Origin: a virus
IMG/VR virus record: IMGVR_UViG_3300036768_001490
Location: 64,001-128,000 of that record
Direction: 5' to 3' (one strand)
Length of the DNA: 64,000 nucleotides
Position 1 is the first letter of the stretch, and each line of letters opens with the position of its first letter. Under the pieces are notes generated by a model. That model saw nothing but the letters and a program-made list of their open reading frames with translations, ran no database searches and was not told where the DNA came from. The translations under genes were made by a program, and so were the position numbers. This document shows positions 27,415-37,540 of the stretch, piece by piece.

Positions 27415-30228
27415 CTACAGCTCGCAGCGGTCGCCGGTACAGGCCCAGGAGCGCACGGGGCTGGCACTGTCCTCCTGCTCGTAATGCACCAGCTTGGCCC
27501 AGTTAAGCGTGGGAAAGCTGGCCACGAACTCGTCGTACTGCGCGCGGGTGAGTTCCTCGTTGGGGGCGTAGGTGTAGCGGCCGTTGTCCTTGGGCAGGAA
27601 GCTCAGGCCGGTGATATGGTCCCAGTGTTCCTGCCGGTAGACCCAGGCGCCGACCTCCAGCCACTCGTCGGCGTCGATGTAGATGGTGGCGGACACGGAA
27701 TGCTCCGCGTAGTTCTTCTTCCAGCTCAGCCAGTTCTCCAGCTGCTGCACCGCCGTCAGGTCGTCCCGCGTGATGGCCCCCGCCGGCGCCGCCTTGGGGA
27801 AGCCGAAGACCAGCAGCTCGCCCGGTGCCTCCGGGGCCGGCGCGTGCGGCACGCCACTGTCGATCAGGAAGCGGGCGATGGCGCTGTCCTTGCGCTCGCG
27901 CACCCAGCGGACCTGGTAGGGGGCGAAGCGCGGGCTGATGCCGGCTGCGCAGTCAAAAAAGATGCTGGAATCGCCGCCTGGCTTGATGCACGTGTCCGCG
28001 GCAGACAGGGCGATGCCGAAGCGGGGCGCGTACTGGGCCTTGGTGTCATGCACCACCTGCCGGAGGGCGCGCTGCAACTCGGCCAGACCCGCCGCGCCGT
28101 GATGCAGCAACGGGCAGTCGGCGTGGCCGGTGATGTCCACGCCTAGCAGCCGCTCCTCCTCGCAATTCTTCTTCCAGTCCGGCCGGATGTACTGGAACTG
28201 GGTGCAGGTGGACTGCATCAGTCCGAACAAGGTGGCCAGGCGGACCTTCCGCTTCAGGGAGTCCACCGTGTCGTCCGGCCGGGCGACCGCGATGCTCAGG
28301 TTGCAGAACTCATATGGCCGCAGGATGACCTCGGCGCACGGGTTCACGCCGAAGCGGGCCTTCCTGCGCCGCGCCGGCCGGTGGTTGACCGCCGCCTGCC
28401 GGTTGTAAATGCCGCGCTCGCCCGAGCGGGAATTGAGCAGGGCCAGCCACTCCCGCAAGAAGACGTCGATGGGGGGCCGTTCCTCGTAGACGGCCGAGTT
28501 GTTGGCCATCGTCAGGTACTTGCCGTCCGTCCAGTACGTCCGGTCGTTGTACCAGTCCCCCGACTTGATGTCGCGCATGCCGGCCGAGGCCAGATCGGAA
28601 AGGGACAGCGTTGCGGCCCGGCGCACGCCGCCGACCTGGACGATGCGCCCCGTGAAGCAGGCCAGACGGTGGGCGTCCGTGTCATCCAGGTAGCGACCCT
28701 GGCGGGCCAGGATGACGTTACGGCTGAACTCCATCAGCTCCAGAAACGGGCCAGGCCCCGAGGCCAGACCGCCCTTGGTACGAAGACGGCTGCCGGCCGG
28801 ACGCACGCCGCTGACGTCGAAGCGCACGTCATGGCCGTCAAACCAACGCTGGAGGGCCTCGAAGTAGGCCGTGCACCAGCCCTCCGTGCTGTCGGTCACA
28901 GCAAGGACGTCCGCCTTCTTGCCCCGCTGCTTCTTGACGCGCGGCAGCTCGCCGACGTAGTCCGACTCCACGCTGAAGCCGACCCCCGTGCCCTGCATGA
29001 GAATGTAAAGCATCTCAGGGAACGAGAAGATGTCCGCCATCGGCTGGTAGGCGCAGTTGCCAGTAACGATGCAGCCGTCCAGGACAAAGGACTGCTCGCC
29101 TGGCACCTCCAGGCACCAGACGTCCGTGTCCTCGCCGTGGCTGCCCACTTCCAGGACGAGAGGAGGCAAGGAGGCCGCGTCCGTGCCACCGGCGTCCGCG
29201 GCAAGGGACACGGCCTCGGCCGGAGCCGGGCACAGCTTGTCTCCGGCCACGATCCACGGCAGGACGTTGCCGTCCTGGCCAAGCCAGCGGTGGTCGCGCG
29301 TGGCATGCACGACATGCCGCTCTAGCCCCCGCGCCAGCACGATGGGATAGGTCACGTCCCTGCCGTAGCAGCGCACCGTGGCCGTGCGCCAGTTCCCCAT
29401 GTGGGTCAGGACGTCCACCGTGTCACCGTCAGCAAAGTCGAGAAAGGAACGCACGCCGTCCCGCGTCCAGAAGCGCGTGTCACGCCGCAGGCAGTTGTAC
29501 ACGCCGACGTGGCAGCGGTCGAGAGCCGGCCCCGCCATCTGCACCACGCGCAGGGCGGGGGACACCTCCAGGCGGTACATGGCGTCCGCCAGCTCGTCCC
29601 ACTCGGCCGCCGATAGTTTGCCGGCCACCAGCGGCAGGCGCTGGAACCAGGGGATGACCCGCTCGTACACTGCCTCCCGCCACGTCTCGCGCCGGCCGTC
29701 CTGGTCGCGCCAGCGGGAGAACTTGCCCATGAACTGGTAGTATTGCAGGTCGGTCGGAAAGTGCTTCCGGTCCTCCAGGAAGCGCGCGGCAACCTCGGGC
29801 GGGATGGGGCGCAGCTCCCGCGCCCGGCGCCGCTCCTCCCGGTAGTTCTGGTACTGCTCCGCCGCCTCGAACAGGCCGGCGCCCCACAGCTGCTGGATGA
29901 CCAGGCGCTGGACCTCCTCCACCCCCGGACGGGTGATGCCCTGGGCCGCCAGGTTGTTGCAGACGGCACGGGTGATCTGTTCGATCAGCGCCTGCTCCTC
30001 GCCAGCTCCCGGCACAAGGGAAGAAGGGCCACCGGCGTCCGCGCGGATGCTGTGGAAACACCGGGACAGGGCCCGGCGGATCTTGTCCGGGTCGAAGGGG
30101 ACGGCCTGGCCGTCCCGCTTCACGCACGTCCAGCCCGCGGACATTTCCTCGGGAGTGAGTGCTTTGCCGTTGCGAAGACCGGGATGGATGGCCGCTGCGC
30201 GCGCGGCCGACGAAGTGCCATGTTGCAT
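27415..30228 (-). CDS. nrdJ: Class II (B12-dependent) ribonucleotide reductase with ATP-cone and intein
   Basis: VKRDG ATP-cone; VYN/CAY, NPCAE, CNLS, TCIKPG, C-terminal CTGDRCEL. Confidence 0.88.
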   Translation of the reverse strand: MQHGTSSAARAAAIHPGLRNGKALTPEEMSAGWTCVKRDGQAVPFDPDKIRRALSRCFHSIRADAGGPSSLVPGAGEEQALIEQITRAVCNNLAAQGITRPGVEEVQRLVIQQLWGAGLFEAAEQYQNYREERRRARELRPIPPEVAARFLEDRKHFPTDLQYYQFMGKFSRWRDQDGRRETWREAVYERVIPWFQRLPLVAGKLSAAEWDELADAMYRLEVSPALRVVQMAGPALDRCHVGVYNCLRRDTRFWTRDGVRSFLDFADGDTVDVLTHMGNWRTATVRCYGRDVTYPIVLARGLERHVVHATRDHRWLGQDGNVLPWIVAGDKLCPAPAEAVSLAADAGGTDAASLPPLVLEVGSHGEDTDVWCLEVPGEQSFVLDGCIVTGNCAYQPMADIFSFPEMLYILMQGTGVGFSVESDYVGELPRVKKQRGKKADVLAVTDSTEGWCTAYFEALQRWFDGHDVRFDVSGVRPAGSRLRTKGGLASGPGPFLELMEFSRNVILARQGRYLDDTDAHRLACFTGRIVQVGGVRRAATLSLSDLASAGMRDIKSGDWYNDRTYWTDGKYLTMANNSAVYEERPPIDVFLREWLALLNSRSGERGIYNRQAAVNHRPARRRKARFGVNPCAEVILRPYEFCNLSIAVARPDDTVDSLKRKVRLATLFGLMQSTCTQFQYIRPDWKKNCEEERLLGVDITGHADCPLLHHGAAGLAELQRALRQVVHDTKAQYAPRFGIALSAADTCIKPGGDSSIFFDCAAGISPRFAPYQVRWVRERKDSAIARFLIDSGVPHAPAPEAPGELLVFGFPKAAPAGAITRDDLTAVQQLENWLSWKKNYAEHSVSATIYIDADEWLEVGAWVYRQEHWDHITGLSFLPKDNGRYTYAPNEELTRAQYDEFVASFPTLNWAKLVHYEQEDSASPVRSWACTGDRCEL
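29056..29493 (-). mobile_element. Mini-intein (146 aa) at RNR active-site Cys
   Basis: CLRRDT...ATRDH...VWCLEVP...VTGN/C. Confidence 0.9.
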
Positions 30229-30431
30229 GGCTTCTCCTCCCTATGGACACTGGAAGTACCGTCGTGTGCCCGCGTGCCACCGCACCGGCGCCCTCCGCGC
30301 CTCGCAGCCAGGACCAGTGACGTCCGGCACCTCCCCGGCCCGGTGGTGGCGGGACAGCTACCCGGGACCCAGCGCTCCTGCCCGCGTCCTGCCTTTCCTT
30401 ACGCGCCCGGTCCCGGACTGCCACAGTGCCT

Positions 30432-30437
30432 ATTATA
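30432..30437 (-). promoter_or_regulatory. Candidate -10 box upstream of nrdJ
   Basis: Perfect TATAAT in intergenic GC-rich DNA; weak -35. Confidence 0.45.
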
Positions 30438-30499
30438 CTGCGGTCCGTCCTCTCCTACGAAGTATTTTCCGGCTGACGGCGACGCCCCGGGACAGGCCG

Positions 30500-31603
30500 T
30501 CAGCCGTCCTCCTCCCCTTCCTCATCCTCCTCATCACCCTCCTCGTCGCCGTCGTCCTCCATTTCCATCGCCCCCAGCACGTCCTCCGGCGACAACATGA
30601 CGCAGGTGTCCTCCTGTACGACCGTGACGCTGACCTGCGCCGGGCCGCCTGCCAGCCAACCGTCGCCCCAGTAGGCGTCCGCAGCCACGCCGTCCTCTCC
30701 TGGGCGTCCAGCAGGGACAGGCAGGCAGCAAGCGTCCCGGCCGACACGGACGTCGTCGGCGGGAACCTTGTGCTTCTTCAGCCAGTCCCGTACCTGCTCC
30801 TCGTCCGCGCGGGACGTGCAGACCACGAGGCGGGCGCCGGCATCATGCAGACGGCGGGCCCACTCCAGCGCGCGCTCCCGGGGGCGCCCCAGGCCCGCGC
30901 CGCCCTTCCCTTCCTCCTCATCCTCCTCCTCCGGGCCGCCGTCCAGCAGGACGCTGTCCAGGTCCACCGCCAGGGTAAACGGCTCCTCCTCGGAACGGGC
31001 GCGCTTGACGACCCGCAGGGGGGCCACGGCGTCGGCGCCCTTCTTCGTGTCGTTCCGTCCCAGCACGCCGCGGCGACGGCAGGCGACGACCACGTGGAAG
31101 CCGTGCGTCGAGTCGGGCAGGGAGGGCAGGCCGTAGCTGCGGCGCAGGGCCTGCAACTCGGGGGAATGCACGCGCACGGACCAGATCCTGGCCATCCCAG
31201 GCCAGTGCCAGTCCTCGTCCGGCGCGGACTCGTACAGCCTCCCCAGGGAGTAGTGGAACTGCTTGCCCCGCTCCGTGATCTGGTCCGCGCCGCCGGCCCG
31301 CGCCACCTCCTCGGGGTGCATGACGACGATGTGCGCATTCATCCGGCCGCCGTCCCGTCCCGGCGGCAGCTCGACCCCCGGGGCGCCCAGGGCCGAGAAG
31401 ATGCCGTGGACCAGGGCATTCGGCACGGACAGCAACAGCCAGTCGCCGGCGGACAGGTAGAGCTGGCCGGCCAGGTCCGAGGACAGTTCCGGGGTGCCAC
31501 CGTCCTCCTCATCCTCCGCTGCCTGCTTGGTCAGGGACTGGCCGAGACGAAAGACGGCTGCCACCCAGTCCGGCAGGCCGTCGCGCACGCGCAAGATGGA
31601 CAT
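30500..31603 (-). CDS. 2H-phosphoesterase-like domain fused to HAD-like phosphatase
   Basis: Start ATG 31603 (GGGGAGG SD); NAHIVVM and FHVVVA His motifs; AVDLDSVL and VVCTSR HAD motifs. Confidence 0.6.
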   Translation of the reverse strand: MSILRVRDGLPDWVAAVFRLGQSLTKQAAEDEEDGGTPELSSDLAGQLYLSAGDWLLLSVPNALVHGIFSALGAPGVELPPGRDGGRMNAHIVVMHPEEVARAGGADQITERGKQFHYSLGRLYESAPDEDWHWPGMARIWSVRVHSPELQALRRSYGLPSLPDSTHGFHVVVACRRRGVLGRNDTKKGADAVAPLRVVKRARSEEEPFTLAVDLDSVLLDGGPEEEDEEEGKGGAGLGRPRERALEWARRLHDAGARLVVCTSRADEEQVRDWLKKHKVPADDVRVGRDACCLPVPAGRPGEDGVAADAYWGDGWLAGGPAQVSVTVVQEDTCVMLSPEDVLGAMEMEDDGDEEGDEEDEEGEEDG

Positions 31604-31635
31604 TCGCGCCTCCCCGCGCCTTGCCTGTTCCGCGC

Positions 31636-32085
31636 CTACTTCATGAGCTGGGCAATGATGGCACCCAGGGACATCAGGGCGCTGATGATGACGCCTGCCA
31701 CGCCGGCAAGCAGCTGGCCCTGCGTGACCACCCGCGCCGCCTGGATACCGTTCAGGTGTTTCTGCAAGGAGGCAATGTCCCGCGCGTGCTGACTTTGCAC
31801 CACGGCCGCCCGCGCGTACATGACCTCCAACTCGGCCAGACGGTGCATGAGAGAGGGCTGGCCGTTGCCGTCCCGGACCAGCTTGACCAGCAGCTTGAAG
31901 TCGTCGGCCAATGTCTCCTGGATGCGCTGGATGCCGGCCAGCTGCACGCCCAGGCCGTGCTGGTACTTCGTGTTCTCGCGCAGGTCCGAGCGCAGCTCGC
32001 TGACAGCCTTCGTGAGGCTCTCCAGCTCCGTGGTCAGGCTGTGGATTGCCCGTTGCTCCGGCGTAGGGCCAGAGGTGGGTGACAT
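31636..32085 (-). CDS. Coiled-coil protein with C-terminal transmembrane helix
   Basis: Heptad-rich; ends LLAGVAGVIISALMSLGAII. Confidence 0.7.
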   Translation of the reverse strand: MSPTSGPTPEQRAIHSLTTELESLTKAVSELRSDLRENTKYQHGLGVQLAGIQRIQETLADDFKLLVKLVRDGNGQPSLMHRLAELEVMYARAAVVQSQHARDIASLQKHLNGIQAARVVTQGQLLAGVAGVIISALMSLGAIIAQLMK

Positions 32086-32388
32086 CGGCGCGCCTCCGTT
32101 TCCTTACGTTGGCCACCAGGGAATGGGAAAGGCTGGCCGGACGCTGTCTCCCCAGCTTCCCCAGGTGCTGGGGCACCGCCGCGCACCTTGCAGGCACGCG
32201 CCACGAGCGGCCAGACGGCGTTCCGCTCGACCTCCTAGCCCCCGGCTTTTCGCCACGGGACCGTACCCGACCAGGGTAGCGCCATCCTAAACGCTCCCCG
32301 GCACCCATAACCGGCCGACGCCAGCGGCAGGCAGCGGCCGGCCAGCGACACGCATTGTAACGGCGGGCAGCGCCACGGGGCCAGACCA

Positions 32389-32652
32389 TCAGCCCACGGG
32401 TCGCACGCAACGCCCCTCGGTGAAGCTGTGACAGTGGTACGGCCGGCCGCAGTCGCAGGAATGGGTCAACGTGGCCAGAACCCGGGACACGGCGGCCTTG
32501 GAATGGGACCAGACCGGACCGACGCGCACGCCGCTGTAAAGGCATTCCGCGTACACGCAAAGCTGGTTCTGGCCCCTTTCGTTGCGGGACCGTGTGAAGT
32601 GAACGACGGCAGGCGCCGCCCGGCGTGGCAGGAAATGTCGGCGGCTGGTCAT
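32389..32652 (-). CDS. Small Cys/His-rich hypothetical protein
   Basis: 87 aa; CDCGRPYHCH. Confidence 0.5.
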   Translation of the reverse strand: MTSRRHFLPRRAAPAVVHFTRSRNERGQNQLCVYAECLYSGVRVGPVWSHSKAAVSRVLATLTHSCDCGRPYHCHSFTEGRCVRPVG

Positions 32653-32807
32653 GGTCGGGGCACTCGGAAAAGAAACCGGCAGACGTCCGTGGCCTGCCGG
32701 TTTCGACGGTACTCCTCCGCCCAGGAGGAGATGCGCATGGTCCCGCTCTCCTTCCAGTCTACCACCCGGGGCGCGAGCTTTCCAGCCCGCCCGACGCAGG
32801 CCAGGGG

Positions 32808-33683
32808 CTAGACCTCCTGGACAATCTCCACACTATCGTCGGCCTGCAAGTTGACAGGGTAGAGGCCGTCCGGCCAGCGGCCCGAGGTTTCGTGGGTGAA
32901 GGCCACGGCGTCCACGCCGCTCACCGTCACCGTGGCAGCGTCCCACAGGTAGTGGTCCAGAGCGGCCCGCACGTCCGGCTCATGCCGCCGCAGCCACTCC
33001 GCCGTCCGTCCCCGGGACTGCGCCAGCTTGCGATGGGCCTCGTGGCCGCGCAGGTTGTTATGAGTCACGCCGACCATGTGGTGATAGGTCAGGTCGCCCA
33101 ACGCGACCAGGCGCGGCCGCTGGCCGATGGTGTGCGGCCCGCTCAGAATCTCAACTGCCGGCGACAGACGGAAATGCCCCTCCGGGCAGGGGAACACGTC
33201 CCGCGGCCCCATGACCGTCGAGGGGACAACGCGCTCGGCAGCCGGCGCCCCAGGCACCTCGCAGTGGACCACAAAGACCTCGTTGCTGTCATGGAAGTAA
33301 TAGAGCGACCCCGCGAACGCGGTCAGCGCGTCCGGGAAGCGCAGCTGCCGGTCCACCTGCACCTCCAGGCGTTCCGGCTGGTTCAGGTTGTCGTCGTCCC
33401 AGACAGTGATGAAGTCGCCCCGTGCCTGGCACAGGGCGTACAGCAAGCCCTCGGACGGCTGGTACACGCCGCGCGCGAACACCTTGACCACGCCTTCCCC
33501 ATCCACGCGCTGGGAAACGAAGTCCTGCACCAGAGAGGCGTAGTCGTTCTGGTCGCCCACCACGATGACCAGCTCGCGCCGCGGATAGGTCTGCCGCTGA
33601 AAGTCCAGGATGGCGCGTTGCAGCTGCCCCCAGCGCTCCGGGCGGCTGCTGCACAGGCACGATACCAGGGGGCCGTCCGCCAT
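32808..33683 (-). CDS. Glycosyltransferase family 2-like
   Basis: PLVSCLC, QTYPRRELVIV, ARGDFITVWDDD. Confidence 0.8.
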   Translation of the reverse strand: MADGPLVSCLCSSRPERWGQLQRAILDFQRQTYPRRELVIVVGDQNDYASLVQDFVSQRVDGEGVVKVFARGVYQPSEGLLYALCQARGDFITVWDDDNLNQPERLEVQVDRQLRFPDALTAFAGSLYYFHDSNEVFVVHCEVPGAPAAERVVPSTVMGPRDVFPCPEGHFRLSPAVEILSGPHTIGQRPRLVALGDLTYHHMVGVTHNNLRGHEAHRKLAQSRGRTAEWLRRHEPDVRAALDHYLWDAATVTVSGVDAVAFTHETSGRWPDGLYPVNLQADDSVEIVQEV

Positions 33684-33708
33684 GCAAAGTCCTCCTCTCG
33701 CCTTCCAC

Positions 33709-34269
33709 CTAGACCGCGCCGCACAGGACCAGGGCGCTGGCGACCCGGTAGCCGTCCGGCTCGTTCACGTCCAGGGCCTCCACCAGCCCGACCGGGACAA
33801 TGTCCACGCGGACCGCCGGCGCCGGCGGCGCGGCGAACACACGCAGGCTGTCCAGCAGGACGTGCCCCTGCCGGAACAACCACGCCGGCTGGCACGCCGG
33901 ACTGCCGCCGTCCACGACCCGGGCGACGCACTCCTCGATCTTGGCCGCTGGCAAGAACGGAGTGGCAGGCCGCAGCACGGCCACGGCCGCGGCGCCGGCG
34001 GCCGGCCCCTGCGGCCCGCACAGCCAACTATCTAGACCGGCACGGTCGGCCAGCAGGTCCGCGGGGGCCGGCACCACCTCGACCTCCTCCGGCACCGCCA
34101 GCAGCTGCCGGGCCGTGTCTGCCAGGCCCGCGGAAACGACGCAGACGGACCGGTCCACGCCGCGGGCCTCCAGCAACTGCCCCAGGCACCAAGACAGCAC
34201 GGTCAGGTGCCCCAGGCGACGGAACGCCTGGTCGTCCTGGACAATCATGCAGGCCACCGTCCTGGCCAT
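33709..34269 (-). CDS. Acylneuraminate cytidylyltransferase (NeuA)-like, likely degenerate
   Basis: LRPATPF..KIEEC and EALDVNEPDGY..A motifs; N-terminal PAR/SK motif absent. Confidence 0.55.
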   Translation of the reverse strand: MARTVACMIVQDDQAFRRLGHLTVLSWCLGQLLEARGVDRSVCVVSAGLADTARQLLAVPEEVEVVPAPADLLADRAGLDSWLCGPQGPAAGAAAVAVLRPATPFLPAAKIEECVARVVDGGSPACQPAWLFRQGHVLLDSLRVFAAPPAPAVRVDIVPVGLVEALDVNEPDGYRVASALVLCGAV

Positions 34270-34280
34270 CGCGCAGTCCC

Positions 34281-34874
34281 TTACGGCTGACCAGAAGAAG
34301 ACCAGCGCGGACGCCGCTCCGCCCTCCCCCGGCGCTCCACGCGCCCGTCCGTGTGGTAGATGGTGGACGACCCGTCATGCGGGTCCAGCGTGACCACCCG
34401 GTCGCGGCCAATGAAGGTGATGACCGCGTCCACCGGCACGTCCACCACGCCATCGTCACAAACAATCAGTCGGCCAGGGGTGCGGGCCGGGCCGGCCGGT
34501 CCCTTCCCAGACCACCCCTGACCATTCCCGCCGGCACCAGCAGCCGGCTGCGGCACCGGCCCGGGCTCCGTCAGCTGTTTCCTCTGTCCGTCCGGCCCCT
34601 CCAGAAAGCTCGACCCGTCCTCGTACAGCACAGCCCACCAGCCCCGCGCTCCTGCCACCGGCAGACGGCGCGGCCAGCGGCCAGGAGACGTCTCCTTCTC
34701 CTCCGTCTCTTCCACGCTGCCGGCCACCCCGGCCGACGACGTGGAAGGCACAGGAGAGGGAGCAGCGCCGTCCAGGATGACAGCCAACGCGACCAGCCCC
34801 AAGACAGCGGCGGCCGCCGCGGCGGCCAGCAGTCCAGGCCGCGCGGGCCAGCGGTCATGTCCCATCCCAACCAT
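34281..34874 (-). CDS. Membrane-anchored hypothetical protein
   Basis: N-terminal hydrophobic helix then small beta domain. Confidence 0.6.
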   Translation of the reverse strand: MVGMGHDRWPARPGLLAAAAAAAVLGLVALAVILDGAAPSPVPSTSSAGVAGSVEETEEKETSPGRWPRRLPVAGARGWWAVLYEDGSSFLEGPDGQRKQLTEPGPVPQPAAGAGGNGQGWSGKGPAGPARTPGRLIVCDDGVVDVPVDAVITFIGRDRVVTLDPHDGSSTIYHTDGRVERRGRAERRPRWSSSGQP

Positions 34875-34885
34875 GTTGCTCCGCC

Positions 34886-35686
34886 TCAGACCAGGTCGTC
34901 TGCCAGCAGGCAGTCCCGGACGTCCGAGGGTACGCAGCGCAACAGGCTGTCCAGGTTCGCAATGCGCTCCCGGACCCGGTTGCGGTTGCGTAGGCGGCGG
35001 CAGCCCGGGACCGCCCGGTCCGCGCAGGAAGGCAGCTCCAGGAAGTCAAATACCCGCTGCATCTCCCTCTGATAGTCCCGCAGCAGGTCACGGTACTGCA
35101 CCTCCAGACGGTCGGCGCAGGAGGCCCGGACCTTGCCCAGGGTGGCGGCGTGGCAGCGGCAGAACTCCGTCACCTCGTCCGCGTCCAGGTGGACCGGAGC
35201 AGGACAGGCCGCCGGCGCCGCGTCCCAGCCGCGCGTCCACACACCGGAGCGCTCGGCCTGCTTGAGGCTCACCAGGCAAGCCACCGGATTGCGCAGGACA
35301 ACGACCAGGCAGAAGTCCCCCTCGCGGTAACGCGACTCGAACAGCTCCCACAGCTCCAGCCGGCGCACGTCCGGGTACAGCACGCGGAAGCCGACCGCGC
35401 GCTCCCCCCGAAGGGGACGGTCCAGGATGACATGGTTGATGTACTGCCAGGGGGACGTCACGCCTTCCTGGAACCACTCCGGCAGGTGCCGCGGCCACCG
35501 GCTGGGGCCGAAGTATTCCTCGTGGCTGGCCCGCCGGACCTTCTCGTCCGGGTGAAACAGGTCGCCGTGGCAGACCGCGACGTGCCCCGGACGGTTGTTC
35601 AAGGTGGACTGGACCACGCGGGAGCCGCTGCGCACTTCGCCCACGACCACGTAGTTCAGGACGCGGACGTCCTGTCCTAGCAACAC
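34886..35686 (-). CDS. Sulfotransferase-like (Stf0-type)
   Basis: RSGS P-loop, LRNP..LVSLKQAERSGVW, LEVQYRDL. Confidence 0.7.
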   Translation of the reverse strand: MLLGQDVRVLNYVVVGEVRSGSRVVQSTLNNRPGHVAVCHGDLFHPDEKVRRASHEEYFGPSRWPRHLPEWFQEGVTSPWQYINHVILDRPLRGERAVGFRVLYPDVRRLELWELFESRYREGDFCLVVVLRNPVACLVSLKQAERSGVWTRGWDAAPAACPAPVHLDADEVTEFCRCHAATLGKVRASCADRLEVQYRDLLRDYQREMQRVFDFLELPSCADRAVPGCRRLRNRNRVRERIANLDSLLRCVPSDVRDCLLADDLV

Positions 35687-35711
35687 GGTCCGTCCCCCCT
35701 TTCCCTGACGG

Positions 35712-36767
35712 TCAGGACAGCAACTGGCCGGCAGTCCCTGCCACTACCTCGTCGGACGTCCGGGGCCTGGCCTCGATGCCGAAGCCGGCCAGCAACACGC
35801 GCAGGTGCATGGCCTCCTGCTCGTCCAGCTCCCAGCGGCCGTGGTACTCCTCCTCGCTGTGGCCGTACATGAACTCCTCCCGGGGAGTGACGTTGTGCCC
35901 GTGGTAGGCTGCCACGGACAGGCCGTTAAAGGGGAACTGGCCATTGTCCACGGCCACGGTCCTGTCGCCGTAGTTCTCCAGCCAGAACGCCTGGGCATCG
36001 TTCACGTCCACGTCCGGGAAGCGCGCCTGGGAAGAGCGGGGCACCAGCATGGTGTTGGGGATGCCCTCTTCCTGGTGGTGGACGTAAGCCGTGGCCGTGT
36101 TAATGTCCACGCGCATCTGGTGCGTGAGCAGGGAGGCATGCCCAGGACGGCGAAAGCACATCTGGTAAGCCAGCTGGAGCGGATGGTAGTAGTCATCGTC
36201 GTCCCAGCAGGGACGGACCCAGTCGCCGTCCGCCAGCTCCAGGCCAATGTTGCGCATCTGGCCCAGGGTGAGCCGCCGCGGCAGGCTGACCCGGCGCTCC
36301 TTGATGGCGAAGTGGGGCACCGTGGTCACGTCCAGGTCGGTCGTGTTGACGATGACCAGCTGCTTGCGCGGGTAGACCTGCTCCACGAACTGCTGCACGG
36401 CCTTGCGGGCCATGCGGATGCGCTCCCGCAGGCCAAAGACCAGGATGCACGTCACCAGGGGCAAGTCCTCCCCCAGGCCGGAAGGAGGCACCACGGACTC
36501 CTTGCCCGCGTGCGGGTCCACCAGGGGGAACGGGAACGCGGACAGCGGTGCCGGCAGAAGGCTGGCCCCGCCGACCTGCCCACCTGCCTCTTCCTCCTTC
36601 TTTTCCTCCGGGCCTCGGTAGTCCGGGCTGGGAGGGACCGGCCTACCGGCCCGAATCGCCTCGACCTGCTCCCGCGTCAGATGAGGGAAGATCTCCCCCA
36701 GACTAGCCTTGGCCATCTCGCCGATGGGAATCCGCGCACTACCTCGGATCGGCATGCCGTTGCCCAT
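35712..36767 (-). CDS. Glycosyltransferase family 2-like
   Basis: ATG 36767 with GGAGG; LPLVTCI, YPRKQLVIVN, RNIGL, WDDDDYYHP. Confidence 0.8.
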   Translation of the reverse strand: MGNGMPIRGSARIPIGEMAKASLGEIFPHLTREQVEAIRAGRPVPPSPDYRGPEEKKEEEAGGQVGGASLLPAPLSAFPFPLVDPHAGKESVVPPSGLGEDLPLVTCILVFGLRERIRMARKAVQQFVEQVYPRKQLVIVNTTDLDVTTVPHFAIKERRVSLPRRLTLGQMRNIGLELADGDWVRPCWDDDDYYHPLQLAYQMCFRRPGHASLLTHQMRVDINTATAYVHHQEEGIPNTMLVPRSSQARFPDVDVNDAQAFWLENYGDRTVAVDNGQFPFNGLSVAAYHGHNVTPREEFMYGHSEEEYHGRWELDEQEAMHLRVLLAGFGIEARPRTSDEVVAGTAGQLLS

Positions 36768-36967
36768 GTGTCGGATGCTCCCTCCAGAAAGAAAGGAGAA
36801 GGAAAGGACAGCGATGGGGCCGATGCCCCGCCGGACGGAAGGGACCACGCGACCGGGAACGGCAGAAGGGAAACGGACCGCCTGGTAAGGGTAAGGGGCT
36901 AAAGGGAAAGTTACCGTCACCGGCCGCGTGGACCCGTCCGTCCTGCCACAGGACAGCGGCGGACGAC

Positions 36968-36976
36968 AGCATAACA
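36968..36976 (-). promoter_or_regulatory. Candidate extended -10 promoter
   Basis: TG-T-TATGCT ~200 nt upstream of GT2 start. Confidence 0.4.
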
Positions 36977-37044
36977 TAACCGGTCTTCCGACAAAAGCAA
37001 CTCGATTTTTGCAGGCAATGGTCCCCGCGGCAGGGACGGACCGG

Positions 37045-37090
37045 AAGCAAAAGAACGGGGCCGGCCACGTAGACAGTCATGACCGGCCCC
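37045..37090 (-). terminator. Candidate intrinsic terminator
   Basis: GGGGCCGG/CCGGCCCC stem (18-nt loop) then GTTCTTTTGCTT. Confidence 0.4.
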
Positions 37091-37540
37091 AGCGGAGGGG
37101 AAGGAACGAACAGGTTGACAGCACTCGTACCCTTTGAGGAGGAAGGAGAAAGTTCCCTTGTGGCGGCCGCGCCGAACCGCCTTAACCCGCCAAGTACCCG
37201 CCCGGACAGCGTGCAGGCCAGCTGCTCCTCCCACCTTCGCCCCTGGTGGCAGCTTCCTTGCCCGGGTAGCCAGCCACAGCACGGCTGCTCCACCCCTGCG
37301 CCAGGACCGCCACGGCCTCCGTCATCCCAAACGCCGTCCGTGCCGGGAGGAAAAAAGCAACAGGATGCAACCCCCACCGGGCGGGACAAGGTACAGGGAC
37401 AGATACCGACGCTACCGTGGCCGGCCACGGCCAGCCGGCCCACGCTCGGCTTCTTGCCTGGTCCGAGCCGGACATGACAGTCGCCACGGCACCGTGGTCC
37501 TGGTCCCGCCTGGCGCACTGCAAGAGTTGCGCCAAGAGGG

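Noticed and set aside
30229-30430. Cobalamin riboswitch or NrdR box upstream of nrdJ
   Set aside because: Conserved B12-box and NrdR consensus not found by eye
32357-32362. TACAAT -10-like hexamer
   Set aside because: No -35 or extended -10; insufficient alone
31604-32560. 5' extension of the 686-aa ORF 30500-32560
   Set aside because: Overlaps the real 31636-32085 gene; strong SD at ATG 31603
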